DNA of 22,038 nt from assembly GCA_003221005.1 (NCBI GenBank), contig QHTZ01000101.1, positions 1-22,038 on the forward strand. The letters are read 5' to 3'. The stretch is from Gemmatimonadota bacterium. GTDB taxonomy: Bacteria; Gemmatimonadota; Gemmatimonadetes; Gemmatimonadales; GWC2-71-9. Shown here in pieces: positions 1 through 7,815 of this stretch (position 1 is the stretch's first letter; each line of letters starts with the position of its first letter). Below the pieces are notes generated by a model that saw only the letters and a list, made by a program, of their open reading frames with translations, had not been told where the DNA came from and searched no databases. A program made the translations under genes and the position numbers.

Positions 1-70
1 CCAACACGGGCGGCAACATCCTCGGGTGGCAGGCCCCAACACGGGCGGCAACATCCTCGGGTGGCAGGCC
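1..70. repeat. Exact 35-bp tandem duplication
   Basis: CCAACACGGGCGGCAACATCCTCGGGTGGCAGGCC at 1-35 and again at 36-70. Confidence 0.95.
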
Positions 71-886
71 GCGGGATACTCCGAGGGCAGTCACAACTTC
101 TTGGGGGTGGTCGGCAACGCCGCTCCGAACAACCAGCTGCGCTTTGGCACCAACCTGGCGGGCTCGCACGGGCCGTACTTCCTGACCGACGTGTATGGAT
201 TTTTGGCGGATCGCTTCGCCGTGCTGTTGGGCGTCGAGCCGGGTGACGGGGATAACCTCGACTGGAAGCGGATGAACTACAGATTCCAGGTCGGCTATTT
301 CCTGATGAACACCGATGCGAACTGGGTGATCCTGAACTACCAGTACAAAGCCGGCAACGACCTGGTCCCGATCGTCAGCAGCCTCAGGGTGCAGAATGAC
401 GGCCAGCGCACCATCTTCACGGCTGACGCGGTGCAAGGCGTGTCGGCGACGCGGGCCAGCGGGGCGGCTTACACGTCGGCCATGACGGGCGACGGTACGC
501 GGATGATTTTCAACCTTTCCGGCGGGTTTACGGATAAGGGGCCCCACAGCGTCTCGTGGAACCTTGGCCAGTCCGTCGAGGACGAGACCTACATCGACGG
601 TGCCAAGTCGTCGATGCGGGGGATCGGTCTCGCGGCGCGGTACTACTACAACCGGACGTTCGGCATCAACGTGTCGGGGAGCAAATACGAGAAGCGGCAG
701 TTCACCGACGCGGCCGGGACCGTGCACAACATTCCCGGCGATTTCAGCGTGGACTTCGTGCTTGTTTACCGCTTTGCGATGAACTGGAACTTCTATTTCA
801 ATAGGAGCGAGACGCAGGCGGCGATTTTGGACCAGAACTGGCGCAACGGGAGCAGCTGGAACTTCAACATTCAGTACCTGTGGTAA
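1..886 (+). CDS. Outer-membrane beta-barrel protein, C-terminal part (5' end outside the window)
   Basis: Open frame ending TAA at 884-886. Alternating aromatic/hydrophobic strands (GLAARYYYNRTFGINVSG, DFVLVYRF) and C-terminal WNFNIQYLW fit a BAM beta-signal. The GTG at 26 lies in a duplicated segment and is unlikely to be the real start. Confidence 0.65.
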   Translation, partial: QHGRQHPRVAGPNTGGNILGWQAAGYSEGSHNFLGVVGNAAPNNQLRFGTNLAGSHGPYFLTDVYGFLADRFAVLLGVEPGDGDNLDWKRMNYRFQVGYFLMNTDANWVILNYQYKAGNDLVPIVSSLRVQNDGQRTIFTADAVQGVSATRASGAAYTSAMTGDGTRMIFNLSGGFTDKGPHSVSWNLGQSVEDETYIDGAKSSMRGIGLAARYYYNRTFGINVSGSKYEKRQFTDAAGTVHNIPGDFSVDFVLVYRFAMNWNFYFNRSETQAAILDQNWRNGSSWNFNIQYLW

Positions 887-916
887 AGCGTCAAAGACTG
901 TAGTAGGGAGACGTGC

Positions 917-950
917 GAGGCCGGGAGTTTCTCCCGGCCTCTCGCGTTTG
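917..950 (+). terminator. Terminator-like hairpin
   Basis: Perfect 11-bp stem GAGGCCGGGAG-TTT-CTCCCGGCCTC (917-941), 30 nt after the stop codon, with only a weak U tract (TCGCGTTTG). Confidence 0.6.
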
Positions 951-1217
951 TGCGCCCAACCTAGTTCCATGGGCCTCCGCGTGTACCATCGCGCTCGGCC
1001 ACACGCCGGAGACCGCGCAGGGTTCGCCCTTCGCGCGTTCTCCCGTCTTGCCCCCGTGCACCGCAGACGACAGGTTCCGGGAGTGGAGGGAAGTGAGGCG
1101 GGTCACGGCCCCTTCAGTGGGCCGCTTCGGGCTCCCTGTTCTTCCCTTATCTTATTGGGGAGGTCTCGGGTCCCCAGCAACCGTCTTCACCGTAGCCGCC
1201 CGGGAGCTGGTGGCATC

Positions 1218-1931
1218 ATGATGCCACCCCTGTCTGGGAGATCGACGTCTGAACCGGACGTCTCGGAGGATTACAGCGTGCCGGCTGCTCCGTCTGACTT
1301 CAGTCCGCAACAGGGTAAGGGGAGCCCATCCGTTCGACCGGGTGCGCCGGCCCTCTCCCCCACCCGCACGCTCTCGCTCCATGCGCGGCTGGCGGCGCGT
1401 GACGAGCAGGCGCTCGCCGAGTTGATCGAGGTGGTCACTCCCTGGCTGCTGGGCATGGCGCAGGCGCTGCTGAGCGATCCCGACGAGGCCGAAGAGGTGG
1501 TGCAGGAAGCGTTCACCATCGTGTGGAATCGGATCGGCCAAGTGCCGAACGAGCCGCGTGGGCTCCTTGCCTGGGTGCTCCGGACGGCCCGGAACCGTGC
1601 CATCGACCGGCTGCGCTCGCGCAAGCGTCGGCTGTGGAAGTTCGCGCACCTCGTGGCAACGGGCATGGACGGCGAGCCCTTCGCCGAAGCTGAGGAGCCG
1701 AACGAGGCTGGCGCCCCGGGATGGCACGTGCACCAAACGGTCCACGCCGCCCTAGAGGCGTTGCCTCGGGAGCAGCGCGTCGTCGTGCGGTTGGCCTACT
1801 TCCACGGGCTGACGCACTCGCGGATCGCCGAGCGGCTGGGCATTCCGGTCGGCACGGTCAAGACACGGCTCCGCCTCGCCTTCGACAAGCTCCGACACGC
1901 ACTCGCCCCGATCAAGGACTGGATCGTATGA
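1218..1931 (+). CDS. ECF RNA polymerase sigma factor (SigK-like)
   Basis: Region 2 (AEEVVQEAFTIVW...WVLRTARNRAIDRLRS) and region 4 (LPREQRVVVRLAYFHGLTHSRIAERLGIPVGTVKTRLR). GGGAG lies upstream of ATG ATG at 1218/1221; exact start uncertain. Confidence 0.92.
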   Translation: MMPPLSGRSTSEPDVSEDYSVPAAPSDFSPQQGKGSPSVRPGAPALSPTRTLSLHARLAARDEQALAELIEVVTPWLLGMAQALLSDPDEAEEVVQEAFTIVWNRIGQVPNEPRGLLAWVLRTARNRAIDRLRSRKRRLWKFAHLVATGMDGEPFAEAEEPNEAGAPGWHVHQTVHAALEALPREQRVVVRLAYFHGLTHSRIAERLGIPVGTVKTRLRLAFDKLRHALAPIKDWIV

Positions 1932-2746
1932 CAGCGCATGACTGGTATCTCAAGAACCGTGTCGGGTTCGCGACCAGGTCCTTGGAGGAGCGGGAAGAGG
2001 CGATCTTCGCGGATCATGTTTCACGCTGCGAGGAGTGCCGCGTGGCGGTGGCAGAACTCGAGCGGGACCTCGCTTGGCTGCCGATGGGCGTGGCATCTGT
2101 CGCCCCGCGGCCGGGGCTCACGCGTAGCATCATGGAGAGAGTCCTGCGGCGGCCGCGCACCCGTTGGTGGCAGTGGGCGGTGTCCTTCGCGGCCGCTGCC
2201 TCGCTCTTACTGGCCGTCGGGGTTTGGACGGAGACGCGTCGTGAGATCAGCGCGCTGCGGAGAGCCCTCGACGTGCGCCAGGGACGGCTGATAACCATTG
2301 AGGACTCCCTGTCGCCGATCCTCGGAGCGGAACGAGTGCTGCAGAAGACGATCAAGGGCCAGGGATCCGAAGGCGGGGTCCTGATCTTCTATGACCAGGA
2401 CACGCAGCGGTGGAACGTTGTTGCCCAGGATCTTCCGCCTGCCCGCACGGGCGAGGGCTACCAGCTGTGGTTTGTCACCAGTCGCGGACTCCTGCCCGGT
2501 CCGGAACTCCGGGCAAATGGGTCGCGGCCTACGCTCTTGACTGTTCGACCGCCGGCCCCTTTCGGCGACACCATTGGCGCAGCGCTCGTCGTGGGTCCGG
2601 TGGGGTCCGACCGGCCGCGGGGAGTAGAGCTCGCCCGCTTCAAGCTCAGTGCACGGACCCGGCGTCGCAAAACGGGAGCAGCCTCTCCGGGTGATTCCGC
2701 GGGCCCGGAGTCCGCGCTCCTTGTCCTGTGGAACCGCTCTGACTAG
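1928..2746 (+). CDS. ZAS-type anti-sigma factor with RskA-like C-terminal domain
   Basis: ATGA overlap with the sigma stop; HxxxCxxC motif (HVSRCEEC); one TM segment (WWQWAVSFAAAASLLLAVGVW); LPPA..GEGYQLWFV motif typical of RskA. Confidence 0.85.
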   Translation: MTAHDWYLKNRVGFATRSLEEREEAIFADHVSRCEECRVAVAELERDLAWLPMGVASVAPRPGLTRSIMERVLRRPRTRWWQWAVSFAAAASLLLAVGVWTETRREISALRRALDVRQGRLITIEDSLSPILGAERVLQKTIKGQGSEGGVLIFYDQDTQRWNVVAQDLPPARTGEGYQLWFVTSRGLLPGPELRANGSRPTLLTVRPPAPFGDTIGAALVVGPVGSDRPRGVELARFKLSARTRRRKTGAASPGDSAGPESALLVLWNRSD

Positions 2747-2754
2747 ATGCACGG

Positions 2755-3027
2755 GTGCTGGTCGGGACGCTGGTGGGAAGCGCTCTGGGTACCCTCCGAG
2801 GCTCCGGGGCTCTGCACGCTCGGAGACGACGCGCGCGGTGCTCGGTGATCCCGACGACGCCGACGACGCGCTCATCCCTTGGACCCCTGGTAGGGCGCGT
2901 CATGAGCACTCCGACTTCGCTCGACGGCGTCCTCGCCGCGGCCGCCGGACCGTCGGCGCGCGCGCTCGCTCCCTCCAAGCGACTGCCCGACGCTACCATT
3001 CTGCGGCGTCTGGCAGAGGAGCCGTAA
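2755..3027 (+). pseudogene. Possible degenerate small gene upstream of the Spy-like gene
   Basis: The 3' part (VMSTPTSLDGVLAAAAGPSARALAPSKRLPDATILRRLAEEP) stops 3 nt before the next start, as in an operon; the 5' part has no convincing start or RBS. Confidence 0.25.
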
Positions 3028-3030
3028 CGC

Positions 3031-3423
3031 GTGCCCGACCGCCCTCGGGCGTGGGCCATTGCTGTCCTCGTGGCGGCGGTCCTCGTCGGCGCGGCAGCGG
3101 GCTGGGAGCTGAAGGACTTGACCGGGGACTTGCCCGAGCCCCGGTACCGGGAGACCGGTGCCATGGTCACCTACCTGGCACACGAGCTGGGCCTGTCGAA
3201 GTCGCAGCAGGACTCGGTGCGGGCCGTGCTCCGCCGCCACCGCCCCGAGCTAGAAGCGATCCGCAATCTCGTGCGCGCTCGCTTCGACTCCCTCCGTACC
3301 ACCATGCAGAGCGAGATCAGCGCGCAGCTCACGTCGGCGCAGCAGCAGCGCTACCGCGACCTTTTGGCACGTGTCGAGCGTCAAGATCAGGAGGTCGATA
3401 GCGCGGGCAAGGAGCACAAGTAG
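3031..3423 (+). CDS. Membrane-anchored helical protein, Spy/CpxP/heavy-metal-sensor-like
   Basis: GAGGAG RBS before GTG; N-terminal hydrophobic helix; two LTxxQ-like motifs (LGLSKSQQ, LTSAQQQRY). Confidence 0.7.
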   Translation: MPDRPRAWAIAVLVAAVLVGAAAGWELKDLTGDLPEPRYRETGAMVTYLAHELGLSKSQQDSVRAVLRRHRPELEAIRNLVRARFDSLRTTMQSEISAQLTSAQQQRYRDLLARVERQDQEVDSAGKEHK

Positions 3424-3729
3424 GATGCGGCAGTCCCGCACGCCGGCAGCGGGTCGAGGGCATCCTGCTCCGACAGGCGGCGCATTTCAAACGCGCTTTG
3501 CGCTTTCAGGTTAGCGACCTTGCCCACGCCCTCCCCAATCGCCCGGCGCCCCGCGTTGTAACCGATCACACGCCCGCACTCGCGCCGACGTTGAGCGAGT
3601 GCGCCCGACCCGACGCCGATCTCGTCCACGATGAGCGTCAGCGCGGGAGGGAAGCCCCGGTGAATTCCCAATTGCGGGAACGGTAGCGCGGCACTTCACC
3701 GAGGCGTTCTCCCGCAAATTCAAGGAGGA

Positions 3730-4521
3730 ATGATGCGTGGCATGGCAGTGATCGTACCCGTGTGGCTGGGAGTCTTGCTGTGCGCCGGCGGGTGCGGCAA
3801 AGGCGAAAAGGCCGCGCCCGGGGGAGGGGCGGCAACGTCGGCCGGAACCCCGGCCGCGGCGCCGAGCGCCGCCGTCGGCGGTGCCACGATCACTGGAGAG
3901 GTGAAGTTCGTCGGCGCGCCTCCCGCGAACCCAACGATCGACATGACCGAGGAGCCCAAGTGCAAGGCGGACTACACCACGCCGCCGCGCGAGCAGATCG
4001 TCGTAGTGAACCCTAACGGCGCGCTCGCCGACGTGTTCGTGTATGTGAAGGCGGGGCTGCCGCCGGGCATCCAGTATCCGGTGCCCGCGACTGCGGTGGT
4101 GATCGACCAGAAGGGGTGCATGTACCACCCGCGCGTCTTCGGGATCATGGTTGGCCAGCAGCTCGAGATCCGGAACAGCGATCCCCTGTTGCACAACATC
4201 AAGGCGCTGGGGAAGGCGAACCGGCCGTTCAACATCAGCCAGCCGGCAGCTGGGATGACCACGAACCGCAGCTTCACGGCCCCCGAGATCATGGTCCCGT
4301 TCCAGTGCAACGTGCACGGCTGGATGCACGCTTACGCCGGCGTGCTGCCGCATCCGTTCTTCTCCGCGACGGGCACGGAGGGCACCTTCACGATCAAGGG
4401 CCTGCCGCCCGGGACCTACACGATCGAGGCGTGGCACGACAAGTACGGGGCGCAGCAGGCCACCGTCACGCTGCAGGGGAACGAGACGAAGACGGTGGAT
4501 TTCACCTACAAGGCGAAGTAG
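3730..4521 (+). CDS. Lipoprotein with cupredoxin-like core and carboxypeptidase-regulatory-like domain
   Basis: AAGGAGG RBS at 3722-3728 (start 3730 or 3733); signal peptide ending AGG-C; Ala/Pro linker; motifs IDQKGCMYHPRV, NSDPLLHNI, CNVHGWM and GTFTIKGLPPGTYTIEAWH. Confidence 0.8.
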   Translation: MMRGMAVIVPVWLGVLLCAGGCGKGEKAAPGGGAATSAGTPAAAPSAAVGGATITGEVKFVGAPPANPTIDMTEEPKCKADYTTPPREQIVVVNPNGALADVFVYVKAGLPPGIQYPVPATAVVIDQKGCMYHPRVFGIMVGQQLEIRNSDPLLHNIKALGKANRPFNISQPAAGMTTNRSFTAPEIMVPFQCNVHGWMHAYAGVLPHPFFSATGTEGTFTIKGLPPGTYTIEAWHDKYGAQQATVTLQGNETKTVDFTYKAK

Positions 4522-4716
4522 CAGACCGAGGCGGCTGTCCGGGCTCGGGCGCAGTGGGGGGCTCTTGCGACGCCCCTCCGTCGCCTGCATGATGGGCAGT
4601 CCAGGCCGATGGCCTGGATGCATCCTGGGTCCTCTCAGTCGCCTGACGCCCGCGGTCCGACGCCGTTCGATCTGCAGATCACCCGGCCATCGGCTTCACC
4701 CTGTTGAGGGGGTCCC

Positions 4717-6063
4717 ATGACGCTGCTACGCCGCGTTTCACTGCTCGTCGGTGCCATCGTCGCGCTGAGTTGTGACGAGCAGCAGGCCACCGCTCCGCGC
4801 TCCGCGCTCTCACTTAACATGAGCGCGAAGAGCTCCACGAATCCATGCGTGCAGGACAGGGACCACGACAAGAGATCCGCCCCGGTGCAGATCCTGTGCG
4901 CGATGACCGTGCCCGGCAATCCGCTCACCAACGTCGCCAAAGGCTGGTTTAGCCACCCGCGCAACGCCCTCTACATCGCCGATCAGTCCAACCGGGGCGT
5001 GGACGTCATCGACCTCAGGAGCTACTCGTACGCGGGCCGGGTGACCGGTTTCGTCGGTGTCGCCACCACCGGGGGTGGCACGGCCACCACCAACGGCCAG
5101 GGCCCGAACAGCATGGCGCTGGCCGAGGAGCACCACATGTGGGTGTCGGACGGCAACAGCCAGATGCAGGTCGTGGACCTGCTGTCGCTGTCGATCATCC
5201 AGACCGTCAGCACCGCGGCCGCGGCGTGCGATGGCGGGACGGCGACGACCCACTATTGCGGCCGCACCAACGAGATGACTTCCGATCCGGACGACCACAT
5301 TATCATTGTCACAAATCCGAACCCGCTCGATCGCACGACGCACGCGGCGCTTCCGCCGTACGTGACGTTCATCGATGCGCACCCCCCGTACCCGATCCTG
5401 GGCACCATCGCGTTCCCGGACGCGAGAGGCACCCCCGAGGCGCCGGTGTGGAATGGTAAGACGCACCGGTTCCTGCTTCCGGTCCCGACCTGCAACAATG
5501 CGGCGACCTGCGATCCGGCGCGGGGCGGGACCGAGTATATCGCGGTGATCGATCCCCAGACGCTCAGCGTGGAGACGCGATTCAACATCCCGGATTGTCA
5601 TACGCTCATGCCCAGCATCTCCCCCGTCCCGACCGGCATGATCAACGACATGTCGATCGACGAGAAGGACCAGCACGTGCTCATGCCGGTGTGCGGCAGG
5701 GGGGAAGTCGTGTTCGATGCGCGGGACGGTCACGTGGTGAACGTGGTCACCGAGATCGCCGGCAGCGACGAGACCTGGTTCAACGAGGGCGACGGCCGTT
5801 TCTACGTGGCTGCCAACGACCCGGCCAACGCGAACACGCGGTCACTCGGTGTAATCGATGGACGTACCGGCTTGTGGCTTCAGAATGTGCCGGTCGTGGG
5901 CGGGGTAATCCCCACGGCAAGCGATGAACCTGCGAACCGCGCGTTCCTGACGGTGACGGCGTCGACGACGGGCACCACCGCCTGCACGCCATTTGGCCTC
6001 GCCGCGTCGGGCTGCGTGATCGTGTTCGAGCACGAAGACGCGAAGCCTGATAAAGAGAAGTAG
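4717..6063 (+). CDS. Lipoprotein, YncE/YVTN-like beta-propeller
   Basis: GAGGGGG RBS; lipobox VALS-C; repeated blades (LYIADQSNRGVDVIDL, MWVSDGNSQMQVVDL, IAVIDPQT, LGVIDGRTG); several paired Cys. Confidence 0.75.
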   Translation: MTLLRRVSLLVGAIVALSCDEQQATAPRSALSLNMSAKSSTNPCVQDRDHDKRSAPVQILCAMTVPGNPLTNVAKGWFSHPRNALYIADQSNRGVDVIDLRSYSYAGRVTGFVGVATTGGGTATTNGQGPNSMALAEEHHMWVSDGNSQMQVVDLLSLSIIQTVSTAAAACDGGTATTHYCGRTNEMTSDPDDHIIIVTNPNPLDRTTHAALPPYVTFIDAHPPYPILGTIAFPDARGTPEAPVWNGKTHRFLLPVPTCNNAATCDPARGGTEYIAVIDPQTLSVETRFNIPDCHTLMPSISPVPTGMINDMSIDEKDQHVLMPVCGRGEVVFDARDGHVVNVVTEIAGSDETWFNEGDGRFYVAANDPANANTRSLGVIDGRTGLWLQNVPVVGGVIPTASDEPANRAFLTVTASTTGTTACTPFGLAASGCVIVFEHEDAKPDKEK

Positions 6064-6075
6064 GGAGGTACGGTC

Positions 6076-6516
6076 ATAGCGAAATCGATCGAGGACGGTG
6101 TAGTCATTGTCCGCGGCAGTGCCGCCGGGTTTGCGCAACAAATCACGGCTGGCCGCCATCATCTCGTTGCAGATGAGCCGGTCAGCGCCGGCGGAACCGA
6201 CACCGGGCCCGACCCCTACGACCTCGTGCTCGCGGGTCTCGGCGCGTGAATGTCGATGACCATCGCGCTGTATGCGCGACGGCACGGGTGGCTGCTCGTC
6301 GGCGTGACGGTGCGCCTGCGCCACTCGAGAATCCACGCGGAAGATTGCGCTGAATGTGAGACGAAGCAGGGGATGCTCGACCACATCGAGAGCGAGATCG
6401 TCCTCGAGGGACAGCTTGTCGAGGAGCAGCGGACCAAACTTCTGGAAATCGCGAACCGCTGTCCGGTGCATCGGACCCTGACGTCAGAAATCCACATTAG
6501 TAGTCGGCTGATTTGA
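6076..6516 (+). CDS. OsmC/Ohr-family (YhfA-like) protein with in-frame UGA; probable selenoprotein, 146 aa, Sec58
   Basis: Frame reads ...[33 protein letters not shown](6247-6249)[14 protein letters not shown]...[12 protein letters not shown]. The TGA aligns with the Cys of the family motif LGAC(T)SMT. RBS GGAGGT (6064-6069) is 6 nt before ATA at 6076. Confidence 0.85.
6253..6287 (+). promoter_or_regulatory. Candidate bacterial SECIS element
   Basis: TCGCGC (6263-6268) pairs perfectly with GCGCGA (6274-6279) around loop TGTAT, with G at loop position 2. The stem extends with CC/GG and bulged TG/CA and TCG/CGG pairs. The loop starts 20 nt after the UGA. Confidence 0.65.
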
Positions 6517-6544
6517 CGGGGCCGCCGGCCTACCCCCTCGCATC

Positions 6545-6574
6545 TTGCGCGCGGCTCACCTAACGAAGTAGTGT
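6545..6574 (+). promoter_or_regulatory. Possible sigma70 promoter for the tRNA
   Basis: TTGCGC-N18-TAGTGT followed by GC-rich GGCCCG, 20 nt before the tRNA. Confidence 0.35.
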
Positions 6575-6594
6575 GGCCCGAGGCTGATGTCGTA

Positions 6595-6667
6595 GACCCG
6601 GTAGCTCAGTTGGTAGAGCAGCGGACTTTTAATCCGCAGGCCGCGGGTTCGATCCCCGCCCGGGTCA
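6595..6667 (+). tRNA. tRNA-Lys (anticodon UUU), CCA not encoded
   Basis: Cloverleaf: acceptor GACCCGG/CCGGGTC, D arm GCTC-AGTTGGTA-GAGC, anticodon arm GCGGA-CTTTTAA-TCCGC, T arm GCGGG-TTCGATC-CCCGC, discriminator A followed by TGT. Confidence 0.97.
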
Positions 6668-6684
6668 TGTTCTCGGGGTGAGCC

Positions 6685-7716
6685 ACGAAACGCGTCCTGC
6701 TGCTGACTTCCTTTCTGTCGGGTATCGGTCCCGCTGCCGTCCAGGCGCCGCCGGAGCCTGAATCCTACGCCTTCTCGCAATCCGTAGTCGTCCAGCTGGG
6801 GGTTGCCCCGCGGCTTTACTTCACCGCGCCGTCCGGAGCCTTGGAAGCCGTGGACGCGCGTACGGGCGCGGTCCTGTGGCGTACGAACAAGGCAGCCTTT
6901 CCCTTACTGGCGCGGGGACACCGGCTGTTGGCGCTGCTCCCGCAGGTGCCGGGCACGCAAGGATGGCGGTTGGGCGTGTTGGACGTCCGCTCGGGCGTCA
7001 TCCTTTCCAAGTTTCCGATCTGGGGCGGGGGCGGTGGCGCTGTGGGAGATGGCTTGGGCTCTTCCACGGGCATGGAAGCGTTTTCCGTGCAGGGGCGGGA
7101 CTACGTGGTCTGGCGGTCCCGCCGGACCCATGTGTCGGGCGCGTACATGCCGCAACGCCAGCCCGAGCCGGTCTACCGGGATTCGGGTATGGCCGAGGTG
7201 GACCTATTCCGAGGGACGTTGATCCCCGTATCCGAGGAGATGCCTGACCGTTCCCTCAAGATCCAAGTGAATCCAGAGGGGGGCTATCACACCGAACCCT
7301 TCGACGTGGACGGCGTCACCGCCGTGGCATCCACGGACCACGAGAGTGGGAAAGTCCAGCTCGTGTTGCGCCGGACCCGCGACGCCGCGGCGCTTCCAGA
7401 CGTCGTGTTGTGCGAGCCACCTGGTGGCAGCGTCGGCGTGCAGGTTTCAGCCGACAGGCGTTACGTAGCGGGAAGTTGTCCCGATCCGGCCACGGTCCCG
7501 CGCTACCACTACGGCGTCGTGGTTCATTCCACCGTCACCGGCGAAAGAGTCGGACGCCTGGTGAGCGCAGCGTGGCCCGCAGCGTTCGTGGTGTGGAACG
7601 GCCTCCTCCTCTATTTCTTTCCCGACAGCGTCCACGTCGGATCCTTCTCCGCTGGGAAGGAGCTGTTCGCGTGGCCCGTCAAGGACCTGCGGTACCACGG
7701 CCCCTATCCACCGTAG
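6685..7716 (+). CDS. Secreted hypothetical protein with a PQQ-like propeller repeat; start codon appears to be ACG
   Basis: Frame is open from 6682. From ACG at 6685 it reads (M)KRVLLLTSFLSGIGPAAVQA-PPEP, a signal-peptide pattern. The PQQ-type repeat LYFTAPSGALEAVDARTGAVLWR spans the ORF-track TTG start at 6841. Confidence 0.6.
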   Translation, partial: TKRVLLLTSFLSGIGPAAVQAPPEPESYAFSQSVVVQLGVAPRLYFTAPSGALEAVDARTGAVLWRTNKAAFPLLARGHRLLALLPQVPGTQGWRLGVLDVRSGVILSKFPIWGGGGGAVGDGLGSSTGMEAFSVQGRDYVVWRSRRTHVSGAYMPQRQPEPVYRDSGMAEVDLFRGTLIPVSEEMPDRSLKIQVNPEGGYHTEPFDVDGVTAVASTDHESGKVQLVLRRTRDAAALPDVVLCEPPGGSVGVQVSADRRYVAGSCPDPATVPRYHYGVVVHSTVTGERVGRLVSAAWPAAFVVWNGLLLYFFPDSVHVGSFSAGKELFAWPVKDLRYHGPYPP

Positions 7717-7815
7717 CCGCCAGGAGAGTTGCGAGGGTCGAGTGTCGCAGAATCGCCCTCCGGTGCCGCAAAACCGCCCTAACCAGCGGCGCGTGCATCG
7801 GTAACTTCCCGTGAC

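Noticed and set aside
1-70. CRISPR array
   Set aside because: The two copies abut with no spacer, lie in coding sequence, and no cas genes are present.
948-1217. Long N-terminal extensions in the ORF track (sigma from 948; also GT2 from 12251, transferase from 13026, mltD from 14808, moaC from 18351)
   Set aside because: They are Arg/Pro-rich non-domain sequence, mostly overlapping upstream genes; RBS- or overlap-supported internal starts fit better.
3554-3571. CRP/FNR-type site (TTGTAACCGATCACA)
   Set aside because: Only one good half-site, and the spacing is wrong.
3645-3700. Cobalamin riboswitch (AGGGAAGC..CGGTGAATTCC resembles part of the core)
   Set aside because: The expected following CCG pairing, GCCACTG segment and B12 box are missing.
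4717-6516. TAG read-through (pyrrolysine) fusing the propeller lipoprotein to OsmC, since both are in the same frame
   Set aside because: A perfect RBS follows the TAG, the lipoprotein ends in a natural charged tail, and no pyl genes are visible.
6595-6667. tRNA as tRNA-Sec, or as an integration site
   Set aside because: The anticodon is UUU with a 7-bp acceptor stem and short variable loop. I saw no integrase or duplicated tRNA 3' end in the window.
6667-6684. Second Sec codon at TGA 6679 after ATG 6667
   Set aside because: The ATG overlaps the tRNA discriminator, has no RBS, and the TGA has no redox-motif context.
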